Positions 9,947-19,376 of a stretch of 64,000 nt of DNA are shown piece after piece. Below the pieces are notes generated by a model. That model had not been told where the DNA came from and made no database searches. It saw only the letters and a list, made by a program, of their open reading frames with translations. Numbering within the stretch: the stretch's first letter is position 1; the number at the start of each line of letters is the position of its first letter. Where the stretch lies: NCBI GenBank assembly GCA_965218085.1, contig CBDCKF010000002.1:3912288-3976287 (forward strand), written 5' to 3'. Made by a program: the position numbers and the translations under genes. The stretch is from Terriglobia bacterium. GTDB lineage: Bacteria; Acidobacteriota; Terriglobia; 20CM-2-55-15.

Positions 9947-9997
9947 ATGGCATCCGGCACCAAACTGGGGCACTTCGAGATCCCTACTGCCATCTGA
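9947..9997 (+). pseudogene. Ser/Thr protein kinase 5' stub (MASGTKLGHFEI...)
   Basis: Shares the conserved start and leader (tttagc...atggNatccggcaccaaact) with the stub at 25517. Stops after 16 codons. Confidence 0.4.
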
Positions 9998-10154
9998 ATG
10001 TCGGCATGCCCCGGAGCGAGCCGTGTACGAAATGAAATTGAGCCAATACATTTTCCGAGTCAACATGCAGCTTAAGGTATTTTTTTGTCGCACAAAGGAG
10101 GTTGCTGAATGGTATCGCGAATAGAAAACGGCAAGCCGTTCATCGGGGGGGATC

Positions 10155-10469
10155 GTGATCCTCACCAATATTGAAACCGTACCGGGCAAACGCATCGTTG
10201 AGCACTACGGCTTGGTCCAAGGCAGCACGATTCGTGCGAAACATCTGGGTACAGATCTGGGTGCCAGCCTAAAGAACATCGTCGGCGGGGAACTCAAGGG
10301 CTATACCGAACTGCTCCAGGAATCCCGGCGTGAGGCACTGGAACGCGCGAAGGCTCAGGCAACCGAACTCGGCGCCAACGCGGTGGTAAACGTCCGCTTC
10401 GCCACGTCTTCGGTCGCGCAGGGAGCGGCGGAGATCCTCTGCTACGGAACGGCGGTCAAGGTGGAGTAG
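10155..10469 (+). CDS. ybjQ: YbjQ/DUF74 (UPF0145) family protein
   Basis: MILTNIETVPGKRIVEHYGLVQGSTIRAKHLG... is the canonical YbjQ fold sequence. Confidence 0.7.
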   Translation: MILTNIETVPGKRIVEHYGLVQGSTIRAKHLGTDLGASLKNIVGGELKGYTELLQESRREALERAKAQATELGANAVVNVRFATSSVAQGAAEILCYGTAVKVE

Positions 10470-10925
10470 ATGGCGGAACTGATCGGCCAGCTCTCTGTGC
10501 CCCTGGTACTGCTTCTGCTTGGTTTTTTCGCAGGCCGGGTTGCAGAACGGAATCATTACAAGAGCATCCACGAACGCGAAGAGAAATTCCTGTCCAAACC
10601 GACAATTACAACGAAAACGATTGAGGACGGACGGCAGGTTCAAAATGCAGCACTTGCGACCGGTTCGATCGTGGTCAGCGTGGATTACTTCAAACGATTT
10701 CTTTCCGCGTTCCGAATGCTGTTCGGCGGGGAACTCGGAGCTTACGCCTCGGTACTGGACCGCGGGAAACGGGAAGCCGTCCTCCGTATGAAAGAATCCT
10801 GCCCATCAGCCGACGTGTACCTTAATTTCCGGATCGAAACCGCTTCGATATCCAAGGGCAGGGGGAAAACCATCGGTTCGGTCGAGGTTGTCGCCTACAG
10901 CACGGCCGTCAAGTTTAAGGCATGA
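10470..10925 (+). CDS. Membrane-anchored YbjQ/DUF74-like protein
   Basis: N-terminal TM helix followed by a YbjQ-like domain. ATGA overlap with the next gene. Confidence 0.55.
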   Translation: MAELIGQLSVPLVLLLLGFFAGRVAERNHYKSIHEREEKFLSKPTITTKTIEDGRQVQNAALATGSIVVSVDYFKRFLSAFRMLFGGELGAYASVLDRGKREAVLRMKESCPSADVYLNFRIETASISKGRGKTIGSVEVVAYSTAVKFKA

Positions 10926-11476
10926 AGTTCGTCCCCAAAAGACTTCACAAGACCGCGGACATCTCCAGAGGCAAGACGAGCTTCAAAGGCTGGGTCAAGC
11001 ATGTCGTTTTCGGAGTGGTGACCATCGTTGTCCTATACTTTGGAATTGGCCTGGTCACCGACCTGGTCGTCACCAACATTTCTGAGGAAACAGAAGTATT
11101 GTTGTTTTCCTGGACGTTCAGGGCGATGGCCGTGGCATCCGACGACGAAGACGAAGAACTGGATCGCGCTGAGGCGATTTTCTCGAAGCTCATTGAAAAG
11201 TCCGATGTCCGTCCCCTGCCCTACGAGCTTTTCGTGATGGACCTGCCGGACCCAAACGCACTGGCTCTTCCGGGTGGTGGTGTCGGGGTGACTCGCGGTC
11301 TGCTGGAAAGAGTCGAAAGCGAAACCGGCCTTGCCATGGTCCTGGCTCACGAACTGGGCCATCACGAGGGTCGGCACAGCTTGAAACGGCTGGGCCGAAC
11401 TCTGGCTTGGAACACCCTGCTTGGCGTGGCATTGGGCGGTAGCGTTGACCTGTCTCCCCTAGCAGCCCGTGGTTAA
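10922..11476 (+). pseudogene. M48/HtpX-like zinc metallopeptidase, 5' part, interrupted by IS5-like insertion
   Basis: HELGHHEGRH zinc motif. The reading frame runs into the IS end (IS-encoded LAARG*). The C-terminal part resumes at 12972. Confidence 0.75.
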
Positions 11477-12969
11477 AGTCCACTTCACAGATTCAAACGG
11501 ACCCGATTTCAAACGGACCCGATGCGACCGTATCGCGAAGAATGATGAGTGAAGGAGGACGGGATATGGGCATGGGACGAAAGAGACGACGCCAGGAATC
11601 GCTGTGGATCGCGACACAGGAGTTGCCGCGGACCAAAGGACACGTGTTCTACGAACGGGTGAACCGGATTCTGGAAGAAGACGGATTCGACCCGTTTGTT
11701 GAAGAAGCCTGCCAGAAGTTCTACGCCCCGGTGATGGGTCGGCCCGGTGTCGTGCCGGGTGTGTACTTTCGGATGCTGCTGGTCGGCTACTTCGAAGGGA
11801 TTGACTCGGAACGCGGCATCGCCTGGCGGTGTGCCGACTCGCTGAGCCTGCGGGAGTTTCTGGGCATTGGGCTGACCGATGGTACCCCGGATCATTCCAG
11901 CGTGTCGCGGACACGCCGGCTGATCGATCTGGAAACCCATGCCCAGGTGTTCCACTGGATGCTGGAGCGGCTGGCCGGGCACGGGTTGATCGACGGGAAG
12001 ACGGTTGGCGTGGACGCGACGACGCTGGAAGCGAACGCGGCAATGCGGTCGATCGTGCGGCGAGACACCAGGAACAGTTATGAGGACTTTCTGAAGGAGT
12101 TGGCCCACGCTTCGGGCATTGAAACGCCGACACGAGCCGAACTGGCGCGACTGGACCGGAAACGGCCGAAGAAGGGATCGAACGACGACTGGGTGCATCC
12201 CGACGACGCGGATGCGCAGATCACCAAGATGAAAGACGGCCGCACGCATTTGGCTCACAAGCTGGAACACGCTGTGGATATGAAGACCGGCGTCGTGCTG
12301 GGGGTGACGGTTCAGGGTGCTGCCACCGGGGATACGACGACAATCAAAGAGACGTTGATCCGCACGGCCGAGAACATGGAGAAGCTGGCAAGCAACCCGA
12401 AAACCGAAGCGCAGATTCGAGAAGATTGGTTTTCTGAAGTCGTCGCCGATAAGGGATATCACAGCAACGAAACGATGGTCGATCTTCGCGAATTGGGGAT
12501 ACGCACCTACATCTCGGAACCGGATCGGGGCCGTCGCCGCTGGAAGAACAAGCCGGACGAACAACAGGCTGTCTATGCCAATCGCCGTCGAATCCGTGGA
12601 GAACGCGGCAAGGAGTTGTTGCGGCATCGCGGCATGATGCTGGAACGACCCTTCGCTCACGGTCTGGAAACCGGCGGCATGCGACGGGTTCACCTTCGAG
12701 GACGGGAAAATATCCTGAAACGGATCCTGGTTCACTACGCGGCCTTGAACCTGGCGTTGATCCTGCGCCAGAAGTTCGGGCAGGGCACGCCACGGAGCCT
12801 GCAGGACCGGTCTGCGGCATACTTTGCCGCTCAAATCGTGCTCTTCTGCGTCCAGATGGCGCTTCAAACGCATCATGAACTCCGTCAGCTGGATATCGAG
12901 CCCAACGTGGCTATCGAATCCGACGTTACGACTGTATCAGAGAATCTCACTTCTGCCACGGGCTGCTAG
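11459..12969 (+). mobile_element. IS5/IS1182-superfamily insertion sequence, copy 1 (~1.5 kb)
   Basis: Terminal IR ctagcagcccgtgg / ccacgggctgctag and CTAG on both sides. Nearly identical to copy 2 at 52044..53537 apart from a 16-bp internal duplication (ttcaaacggacccga) in copy 1. Confidence 0.85.
11542..12969 (+). CDS. IS5-family DDE transposase (475 aa, intact)
   Basis: MMSEGGRDMGMGRKRRRQESLWIATQELPRTKGHVFYERVNRILEEDGFD... The stop lies inside the right IR. Confidence 0.85.
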   Translation: MMSEGGRDMGMGRKRRRQESLWIATQELPRTKGHVFYERVNRILEEDGFDPFVEEACQKFYAPVMGRPGVVPGVYFRMLLVGYFEGIDSERGIAWRCADSLSLREFLGIGLTDGTPDHSSVSRTRRLIDLETHAQVFHWMLERLAGHGLIDGKTVGVDATTLEANAAMRSIVRRDTRNSYEDFLKELAHASGIETPTRAELARLDRKRPKKGSNDDWVHPDDADAQITKMKDGRTHLAHKLEHAVDMKTGVVLGVTVQGAATGDTTTIKETLIRTAENMEKLASNPKTEAQIREDWFSEVVADKGYHSNETMVDLRELGIRTYISEPDRGRRRWKNKPDEQQAVYANRRRIRGERGKELLRHRGMMLERPFAHGLETGGMRRVHLRGRENILKRILVHYAALNLALILRQKFGQGTPRSLQDRSAAYFAAQIVLFCVQMALQTHHELRQLDIEPNVAIESDVTTVSENLTSATGC

Positions 12970-12971
12970 AG

Positions 12972-13220
12972 TTGGGAGTACGACTGACCGAATCCGGCTA
13001 CGGGCGCGATCAGGAACGCGACGCCGATCGATTCGCGATGCGACTCGTCCACGAAGTCTATGGCCATACAGAGGGCACGCTGGAGTTTTTCGAGCTTGTC
13101 CAGTCCGAGTCCGGCCAGGACGAATCTGAGTGGCTCGAGTTCGTATCCACTCACCCGCTCACGACCGATCGCATATCCGATCTGAAGGAACTACAAGAGG
13201 AATTAGACGCACGGGAATAG
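12972..13220 (+). pseudogene. M48 peptidase 3' part (resumes after the IS)
   Basis: GYGRDQERDADRFAMRLV...STHPLTTDRI is the C-terminal M48 glutamate/STHP region. Confidence 0.7.
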
Positions 13221-13248
13221 GGTCTTGTGAACCTAACCCTCAGAGGCC

Positions 13249-13301
13249 GAATCGTCCTGAACTGGTTTGAAGAACTGAAGGAACGGGTGCCGGTGCGGTA
13301 G
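13249..13301 (+). repeat. Kinase C-terminal box #1 (…IVLNWFEELKERVPVR*) with no palindrome
   Basis: Member of a six-copy family of ~55-bp coding-like boxes. Confidence 0.5.
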
Positions 13302-13382
13302 GGCAAGCGGCCACTATGCCGAGACTAGCGGAATTGGCAGAAACATTGCATCTAAGGATTGGTGCTTGGCTCGGAAAAAAGG

Positions 13383-14261
13383 TTATTTGACCAGTTCCAT
13401 TCCTTCAGCCACTATCTGGTCGACAAACTGTTGTTGCCATCCATCAATAGCCTTTCGATAACCTTCAGGATCGATGAATGCCCTGTAGCCTTCTCCCTGC
13501 TTCATACGTATTATCTTGTCACCCAGACCGTACCAGTAACCGTGTCCGCCCAGAAAAATATCCACCGGCATTTTCTTCAGCTTTTCAAATGTGCCTGCAA
13601 AGTCCTCTGCCATATTCGGATATTCGGGGTGACCCAAAACGGGCCTTGCTGCAATTCTGACACCACCTAGTAACAAGACATTATATTTTTGATTATCCTC
13701 CTCTGCGACCATGGAAAATGAAATGCACCCTCTGGTATGCCCCGGCGTAAGGTTGACAGTTAGTGCTATATCACCAAGCCGTATGACTTCCCCGTCCTCT
13801 ACGACCCGGTCAACCTTTGCAGGCCGCCAGTCGCCGCCTCTGAAGTCAGTTGCGCCCCCAGTCTCAATCACCTCTTTGTCTGCGGCAGATGCCAGGATTG
13901 ATGCCCCTGTCATTTCCTGCATACGATAATGACCTTCAACATGATCGCTATGTGCATGGGTACCAATAATTAACATGATGTCTTCTGGATCGAAACCCAG
14001 CTTTTTGATGTTATTTATAATGACCGGGACAGAGACATCATAAGCAGTATCAATGATGATATGTCCATCCGACCCCGTAACCAGGTAAGAAGCAGCCTGC
14101 ACATACTCTCCGACGAAATAAATATTGTCGACAATATTAAAGGGTTCAACGGGTACGGTTCGATCTGGATGGTCCTCGGGCGGTGAGACCGGTGCTTGCG
14201 CCAGGGCGCCCACGGAATACAGAAGAAATACCAAGATACTAATCACATCTGACTTTTTCAT
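13383..14261 (-). CDS. Subclass B3 metallo-beta-lactamase (secreted)
   Basis: Signal peptide MKKSDVISILVFLLYSVGALA. GTHAHSDH (HxHxDH) plus downstream His and GHTRGC motifs as in L1/GOB/FEZ enzymes. By eye the gene is ~47% GC against ~60% for its surroundings. Good SD (agggggaaaaaaATG). Confidence 0.8.
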   Translation of the reverse strand: MKKSDVISILVFLLYSVGALAQAPVSPPEDHPDRTVPVEPFNIVDNIYFVGEYVQAASYLVTGSDGHIIIDTAYDVSVPVIINNIKKLGFDPEDIMLIIGTHAHSDHVEGHYRMQEMTGASILASAADKEVIETGGATDFRGGDWRPAKVDRVVEDGEVIRLGDIALTVNLTPGHTRGCISFSMVAEEDNQKYNVLLLGGVRIAARPVLGHPEYPNMAEDFAGTFEKLKKMPVDIFLGGHGYWYGLGDKIIRMKQGEGYRAFIDPEGYRKAIDGWQQQFVDQIVAEGMELVK

Positions 14262-14417
14262 TTTTTTCCCCCTGACCTGTGATGGATTGTTGAGTCTATC
14301 AAAAAGCTGCGATTCCCAGCCATCGGAAGCAGAACAATCTGATGCATCCGTTCCCTTAATAGCAATTCGTTCTTGGAAGTGGCAGACGAACAGGTTAAGT
14401 GGCGGTCTGTCCCCCAA

Positions 14418-14502
14418 ATCAACGTCGTCCTGAACTGGTTTGAAGAACTGACCGAACGGGTGCCGGCGCCGTGATTTTCGAGGTCAAGTCTCGAGAAATC
14501 AT
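14418..14502 (+). repeat. Kinase C-terminal box #2 (INVVLNWFEELTERVPAP*) plus left half of the 37-bp palindrome
   Basis: gtcaagtctcgagaaatcat is the left palindrome half, ending exactly at the IS30 junction site. Confidence 0.5.
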
Positions 14503-14574
14503 GCCGGCTCAATCGGTCGATGCAACACATGCGTTAAATCGTTCGGCCGGAGTCCGAAACCCCAGCGTTTGACG
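14503..14574 (-). mobile_element. IS30-family right-end remnant (encodes transposase C-terminus …TPAERFNACVASTD*)
   Basis: gccggctcaatcggtcgatgcaacacatgcg... matches the right end of the IS30 copy at 33047. Confidence 0.5.
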
Positions 14575-14885
14575 AAGCCGTATCTGACAAATTTCGGATG
14601 CTATGGAGTTTCTGGTAGGCACACAGTCCAGTGGACCGTATCGTCGAAAAGTAAAGCGGGCCGTACCGTTGGAACGGCCCGGAAGTCGCGGCCTGAGGCT
14701 CGATGTGATCCCATCACCTTCTGTTGATGCAGTCCACTAGATACGCCCTCGAGTCGCGTTCGACGCTCGATCGCGGCCCGCCTGATCTGGCCGAGGGTCT
14801 TCGCCGCTGGTTATGGAACCTCGATGTAGTCGAACAAGGCATCCGGCGCATGGCCGAACGCCCCGTTCCAATCGCCGGATAGCTC

Positions 14886-15848
14886 TTACGGCTCGAGCGA
14901 GGCGAGGTAGGCCGAGAGATTGAGAACATCCTCGTCGGTCAAATCGGCGACCGCGCTCCGCATGAGGGCCGCATTCGCGCCACCGCGGGCACCGTGTCTA
15001 ATGTCAAACATCTGGCGCGCGAGATAGATGGGTGAGCGACCCGCGATGCTGGGAACCTGCCCGAGACCTTTTAGATCTGGGCCGTGACACAGCGAGCACT
15101 GAATAGAGCGCCCCCCGTCCGTGGTCGCAAGCTCCTTGCCCGCCGCAACGCTTCCAGGAGGGACATAGGCCATAAACGGGCTATGCGAATCCCGCAGCTC
15201 GGCCAATTCGGAATTTTCGGGAATCTCGATAATACGATTTCCGATAGGCTCCATCCCGCCACCCTGCTCGGCATGGCGCATATTGCCGCCGCCCACATAG
15301 GTTTCGGGAACCATGTCGGCCTCTATGACGGTTATCCATTTCACCGGCGGCAGCGAAGCAAAATATTCTGCGGCAATCCGCATTTCCTCTTCGGTCATTG
15401 CACCGGCGATTGCAATCATGCTCCTCGAACGTGCCGGAACAAGACTTTCACGGGTGCCTCTCTGATAGGCCATCGACTGCGCGACAATGTAGTCGGCCGG
15501 TAAACCGGCAAGGCTCGCCGATTCCGGATGTCCGGCACCGTGCGGCATGTGGCACTGGGCGCAGGCGCGCACCAGCGGTTGGCGGCCACGCGCCACCACT
15601 TCGGGCATTGGCGGATGCTCGTCCGGATACCAATCGGGCGGCGCAAACCGATCATTGATCTGCGTTTGGGTAAGCTGAAGATCGCTTCCCTCCACGCTGT
15701 GGAGCGTCCCGTCGTCCGGGCCCCGTCCGCGACCTTCCTCCATTACCGGATAGGCCCAGGGGGGAGGCTCGAAACCATCGACGGATTGGGCGACCACAGC
15801 ACCGACACAGAACGCAACGAGCACCGCAACACCGACTAGTTTCTTCAT
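14886..15848 (-). CDS. Secreted di-heme c-type cytochrome
   Basis: Signal peptide and two CxxCH motifs (CAQCH, CSLCH). Confidence 0.75.
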   Translation of the reverse strand: MKKLVGVAVLVAFCVGAVVAQSVDGFEPPPWAYPVMEEGRGRGPDDGTLHSVEGSDLQLTQTQINDRFAPPDWYPDEHPPMPEVVARGRQPLVRACAQCHMPHGAGHPESASLAGLPADYIVAQSMAYQRGTRESLVPARSRSMIAIAGAMTEEEMRIAAEYFASLPPVKWITVIEADMVPETYVGGGNMRHAEQGGGMEPIGNRIIEIPENSELAELRDSHSPFMAYVPPGSVAAGKELATTDGGRSIQCSLCHGPDLKGLGQVPSIAGRSPIYLARQMFDIRHGARGGANAALMRSAVADLTDEDVLNLSAYLASLEP

Positions 15849-16122
15849 TGGCTATTCCCTCCCCTGTTACGCTGGTTGGATTCGGGGCTAAACATTACTG
15901 GGATTTCAGCGGCTCTACAAGACCAAAAACGAAGACCTCACCCACTGCTCGCTTGAGTTGACGATACGAGCGGGTGGCGCACGGCGGGGCGTCAGATCAA
16001 CACGCGTAGTTGGTTAGCGGTTGTGCAGACAACTACAAAGAAGCGCGATTCCGGTTTGTGGCCTAACGAAGCGATGCACCGGACGGCAGCTGCGTTGCTG
16101 GCGGGATACCGCCCTAGGTCGA

Positions 16123-16206
16123 ATCAACATCGTCCTGATCTGGCTTGAAGAACTCATCGAACGGGTGCCGGTGCCGTAGAACCTTGAAATCCATTGTCAA
16201 GTCCTG
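16123..16206 (+). repeat. Kinase C-terminal box #3 (INIVLIWLEELIERVPVP*) plus left palindrome half
   Basis: Same family. Followed by tcaagtcctg. Confidence 0.5.
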
Positions 16207-16258
16207 TATCTGGACTCCTCTTTGATGCCGATTCATTCATAAAAGAGGAGTCCAGATA
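16207..16258. mobile_element. 52-bp miniature element built from two inverted IS110-type termini
   Basis: tatctggactcctcttt-[18 nt]-aaagaggagtccagata sits at the IS110 insertion position inside a palindrome copy (flanks tcaagtcctg | agggacttgaga). Confidence 0.45.
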
Positions 16259-16433
16259 AGGGACTTGAGATTTTCTTTGTTCCCAATTCCCTGCTGTGAT
16301 TAGATTTATCGAGTTTCTCGTAAAAACAAACAGCGTGATTTGTGGCGCTCAGTTCAGGTACAGAACTCAGCCCATATCGAATCACCGGCCAAAAAGCGGA
16401 GGATCCATGAAAAAATTCCTCGCTGGGTTTTTC

Positions 16434-18042
16434 CTAGCAGCCTGTCGGACTTTTGGGGCCGGAGTTGGATGTCGGGCATGCGAGAAACAGGGGCATGAGC
16501 GAACGATTTCTTGCTGTGGATCGAGACACGCCGTACTTGTTGCCGCCGTCGGTCCAGGATTGGCTTCCGGAAGAGCACCTGGCGCGGTTCGTTGTAGAGG
16601 TGGTGACGAAGCTGGACCTGCGTGACCTGGAGAAGGAGTACGCGGGGCGGGGTTCGAAGGCCTACCATCCGGAGATGCTGCTGGCGTTGCTGTTCTACGG
16701 ATACGCGACGGGAGTGTTTGCGAGCCGGAAACTGGAACAGGCGACGTGGGATTCGCTGGCGTTCCGATATATCGCGGCGAACACGCATCCAGATCACGAC
16801 ACGATCGCGGCGTTTCGGAAGCGGTTTCTGAAGCAGTTGAAGCCGTTGTTCGTGCAGATTCTTCTGCTGGCGCGGACGATGGGATTTTTGAAGCTGGGGA
16901 AGATCAGTCTGGATGGGAGCAAGGTCCAGGCGAATGCATCGAAACATAGCGCGTTGAGCTGGGGGCACGCGACGGAGTTGGAAGAACAGTTGAAGGCCGA
17001 AGTCGCGCGCCTGATGGAGTTGGCGGCGGCGGCCGACGCGGAAGTGCCGGAGGGAATGGACATCCCGGCCGAACTGAAGCGGCGCGAGGACCGGCTGAAA
17101 GCGATCGCCGAGGCGAAAGCGAAGATGGAGGCGCGCGCTGCGGAACGCCATGCGGCCGAGCAGGCCGAGTACGAGGCCAAGATGGCCCAACGCAAGGCCC
17201 GGGCCAAAGCGACCGGGAAACGGCCGGGAGGCAAGCCGCCGCAACCGCCCCAATCGGGCGTGCGCCCGAACGACCAGATCAATCTGACCGACGAGGAATC
17301 GCGCATCATGCCGGCGGGCGGGAAGAGTTTCCAGCAAGCCTATAACGTGCAGGCGGGGGTCGACACCGAGACCCTGCTCATCGTCACCGAATCCGTCACA
17401 ACGCACGCCAACGACAAACAGGAAATCGAACCGGCGCTCGGGACTCTCGATGCACTGCCTCAACCGCTGGGAAAGGTCGAGGCGATACTGGCCGACAATG
17501 GCTACTACAGCGAAGGGAACGTGAAGGCGTGCGAAACGGCCGGCGTGATGCCCTACATCGCCATGGGCCGTGAGCGCCATCATCCACCGGTGGAACAGCG
17601 TTGGACCGAACCGCCACCGCTGTCGCCCGACGCGAACCCGGTCGACGCCATGGCCCATCGGCTATCGACGATCGAGGGCCGGGCCGTTTACGCTCAGCGC
17701 AAGTCCACGGTCGAGCCGGTGTTTGGAATCGTCAAATCCGTGCTGGGATTCCGGCAGTTTCACCTCAGGGGACTCGACCCGGTATCCGGTGAATGGACAC
17801 TGGTCAGCATCGCCTGGAACCTGAAACGCCTGTTCAATCTCTCCGGGCAGGTCTCCTGCCCGACTGATCCCCGCTCCAGCCGCCCGTCCGGACGCCAAAA
17901 ACGCGACTCCGGGCTCCTGCGTGGATCTCTGGCGTCCGAATCCGGCTCTCTCTTGCGACGTCTCAGGTCGATCGTCTCGTCAATGTTCAATCACACGCTC
18001 GGAGACGCGCCGTTGCTACGGTCAAGTCCGACAGGCTGCTAG
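16434..18042 (+). mobile_element. IS1182-like insertion sequence (~1.6 kb)
   Basis: 17-bp perfect terminal IR ctagcagcctgtcggac and CTAG on both sides. Inserted in codon 10 of a cyclase-family gene. Confidence 0.8.
16495..18042 (+). CDS. IS1182/IS5-superfamily DDE transposase (~515 aa, central coiled-coil)
   Basis: MSERFLAVDRDTPYLLPPSVQDWLPEEHLARFV...DNGYYSEGN. Confidence 0.8.
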   Translation: MSERFLAVDRDTPYLLPPSVQDWLPEEHLARFVVEVVTKLDLRDLEKEYAGRGSKAYHPEMLLALLFYGYATGVFASRKLEQATWDSLAFRYIAANTHPDHDTIAAFRKRFLKQLKPLFVQILLLARTMGFLKLGKISLDGSKVQANASKHSALSWGHATELEEQLKAEVARLMELAAAADAEVPEGMDIPAELKRREDRLKAIAEAKAKMEARAAERHAAEQAEYEAKMAQRKARAKATGKRPGGKPPQPPQSGVRPNDQINLTDEESRIMPAGGKSFQQAYNVQAGVDTETLLIVTESVTTHANDKQEIEPALGTLDALPQPLGKVEAILADNGYYSEGNVKACETAGVMPYIAMGRERHHPPVEQRWTEPPPLSPDANPVDAMAHRLSTIEGRAVYAQRKSTVEPVFGIVKSVLGFRQFHLRGLDPVSGEWTLVSIAWNLKRLFNLSGQVSCPTDPRSSRPSGRQKRDSGLLRGSLASESGSLLRRLRSIVSSMFNHTLGDAPLLRSSPTGC

Positions 18043-18047
18043 TAGCG

Positions 18048-18998
18048 ATGATTACGACTATCGCGTTGTCTCGACCCGCCCTCGAACCACTTCAGGTGGG
18101 CGACAGGGAGGTGACCACAGCCCAGTACGAACAGTGGAAGACGGAGTTGTCGAACTGGGGGCGTTGGGGAGTGGACGATGAGATCGGAGCCCTAAACCTG
18201 ATCATGCCAGAGAAGCGGCTGGAGGCGGTGGCCCTGGTTGAAGAAGGGTTTTCCGTGTCCCTGGCTGGTGATGCGGATACCGTTCAGGCCATCGACAATC
18301 CCAATCCGTATGAACACGAGATGCTCCGGATCAGCGCAGACCGGTTTGGGGTCAGTTACCATGGCATCGCGCACACGCACCTCGACGCGCTGGCGCATGT
18401 GAACGAGAACGGGACTTTCTACAACGGGTACACTCCTGACGCGGACACCGTCCTCGAAACTGGCCACGAGCAGAACTCGATCCACAACCTCAAGAACGGG
18501 ATCCTGACCCGTGGCGTCCTGATCGACATTCCGAGGGTCAAGGGCGTGCCGTATCTGGAGCCGGGTACTCCAATCTACGTGGAAGATCTGGAAGCATGGG
18601 AAGAGCAGACCGGCGTGCGCGTCTCCTCCGGTGACGCGCTGTTCATCCGTACCGGTGTATGGGCTCGACGTGAGGCCGAAGGACCGTGGCTTCGCGGCCG
18701 AGCCGAGGGTGGCCGATCGGCGGGTCTCCACCCGTCCGTAATTCCGTGGTTGAAGGAGCGAGATGTCGCGTTATTGGGAAGCGATCATCCGACGTATGTT
18801 GCGCCGTCGAACCTGCCCGGAGCCGTTCATGACTTTGCGCTGCTGTATCTGGGCATCCACATGTTCGATAACTGTGATCTGGAGGCACTCGGCGACGCAG
18901 CAGCCGAGCGAAATCGATGGGAGTTTTTGCTGATGGCCGCACCGCTCCCGTTCCGCGGGGGAACCGGTTCACCATTGAACCCTATCGCCGTATTTTGA
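18048..18998 (+). pseudogene. Cyclase-family protein (kynurenine formamidase-like) separated from its first 9 codons (16407..16433) by the IS
   Basis: Joining 16407-16437 to 18043 onward restores MKKFLAGFFLVAMITTIALSRP... Confidence 0.65.
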
Positions 18999-19093
18999 CA
19001 CTGGAATGGAAAGACGTGGACAAACCGCTCTTGTCCGAATCAGGATTTCCAGGTAGACGGAAGGCCGGTACTGGCGAAGCCGCCCGCCCCCGA

Positions 19094-19198
19094 ATCAACA
19101 TCGTCCTGAACTGGCTTGGAGAACTCATCGAACGGGTGCCGGTGCCCTAGTTTTCCGAAGGTCAAGTCCTGAGAAATCATCTTCTCGGACGTTGAGAA
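19094..19198 (+). repeat. Kinase C-terminal box #4 (INIVLNWLGELIERVPVP*) plus intact 37-bp palindrome
   Basis: tcaagtcctgagaaatcatcttctcggacgttgagaa at 19163-19198. Confidence 0.55.
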
Positions 19199-19376
19199 TT
19201 TCAGCAAACGGAAGCTAGAACTCAGACCGAGACTACCCCTGTGTTACTCGAAAGCAAAGGACACGCCATCTGTCAGAAATGGAGATATGCGGACACTCTA
19301 AAACGAGTATGTTCCGTTGATGTGTGATGTCCAGGAACGATCGAATCCCACCCGGTCGTGTGAGAATAAAGTTCCG

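Noticed and set aside
11509-12876. 455-aa ORF antisense to the IS5 transposase (and its twin at 52193..53503)
   Set aside because: Lies entirely opposite a well-supported transposase gene in GC-rich DNA. Arg/Pro/Gly-rich with no domain. Typical spurious antisense ORF.
16354-17658. 434-aa ORF antisense to the IS1182-like transposase
   Set aside because: Same reasoning: a shadow ORF of a real gene.
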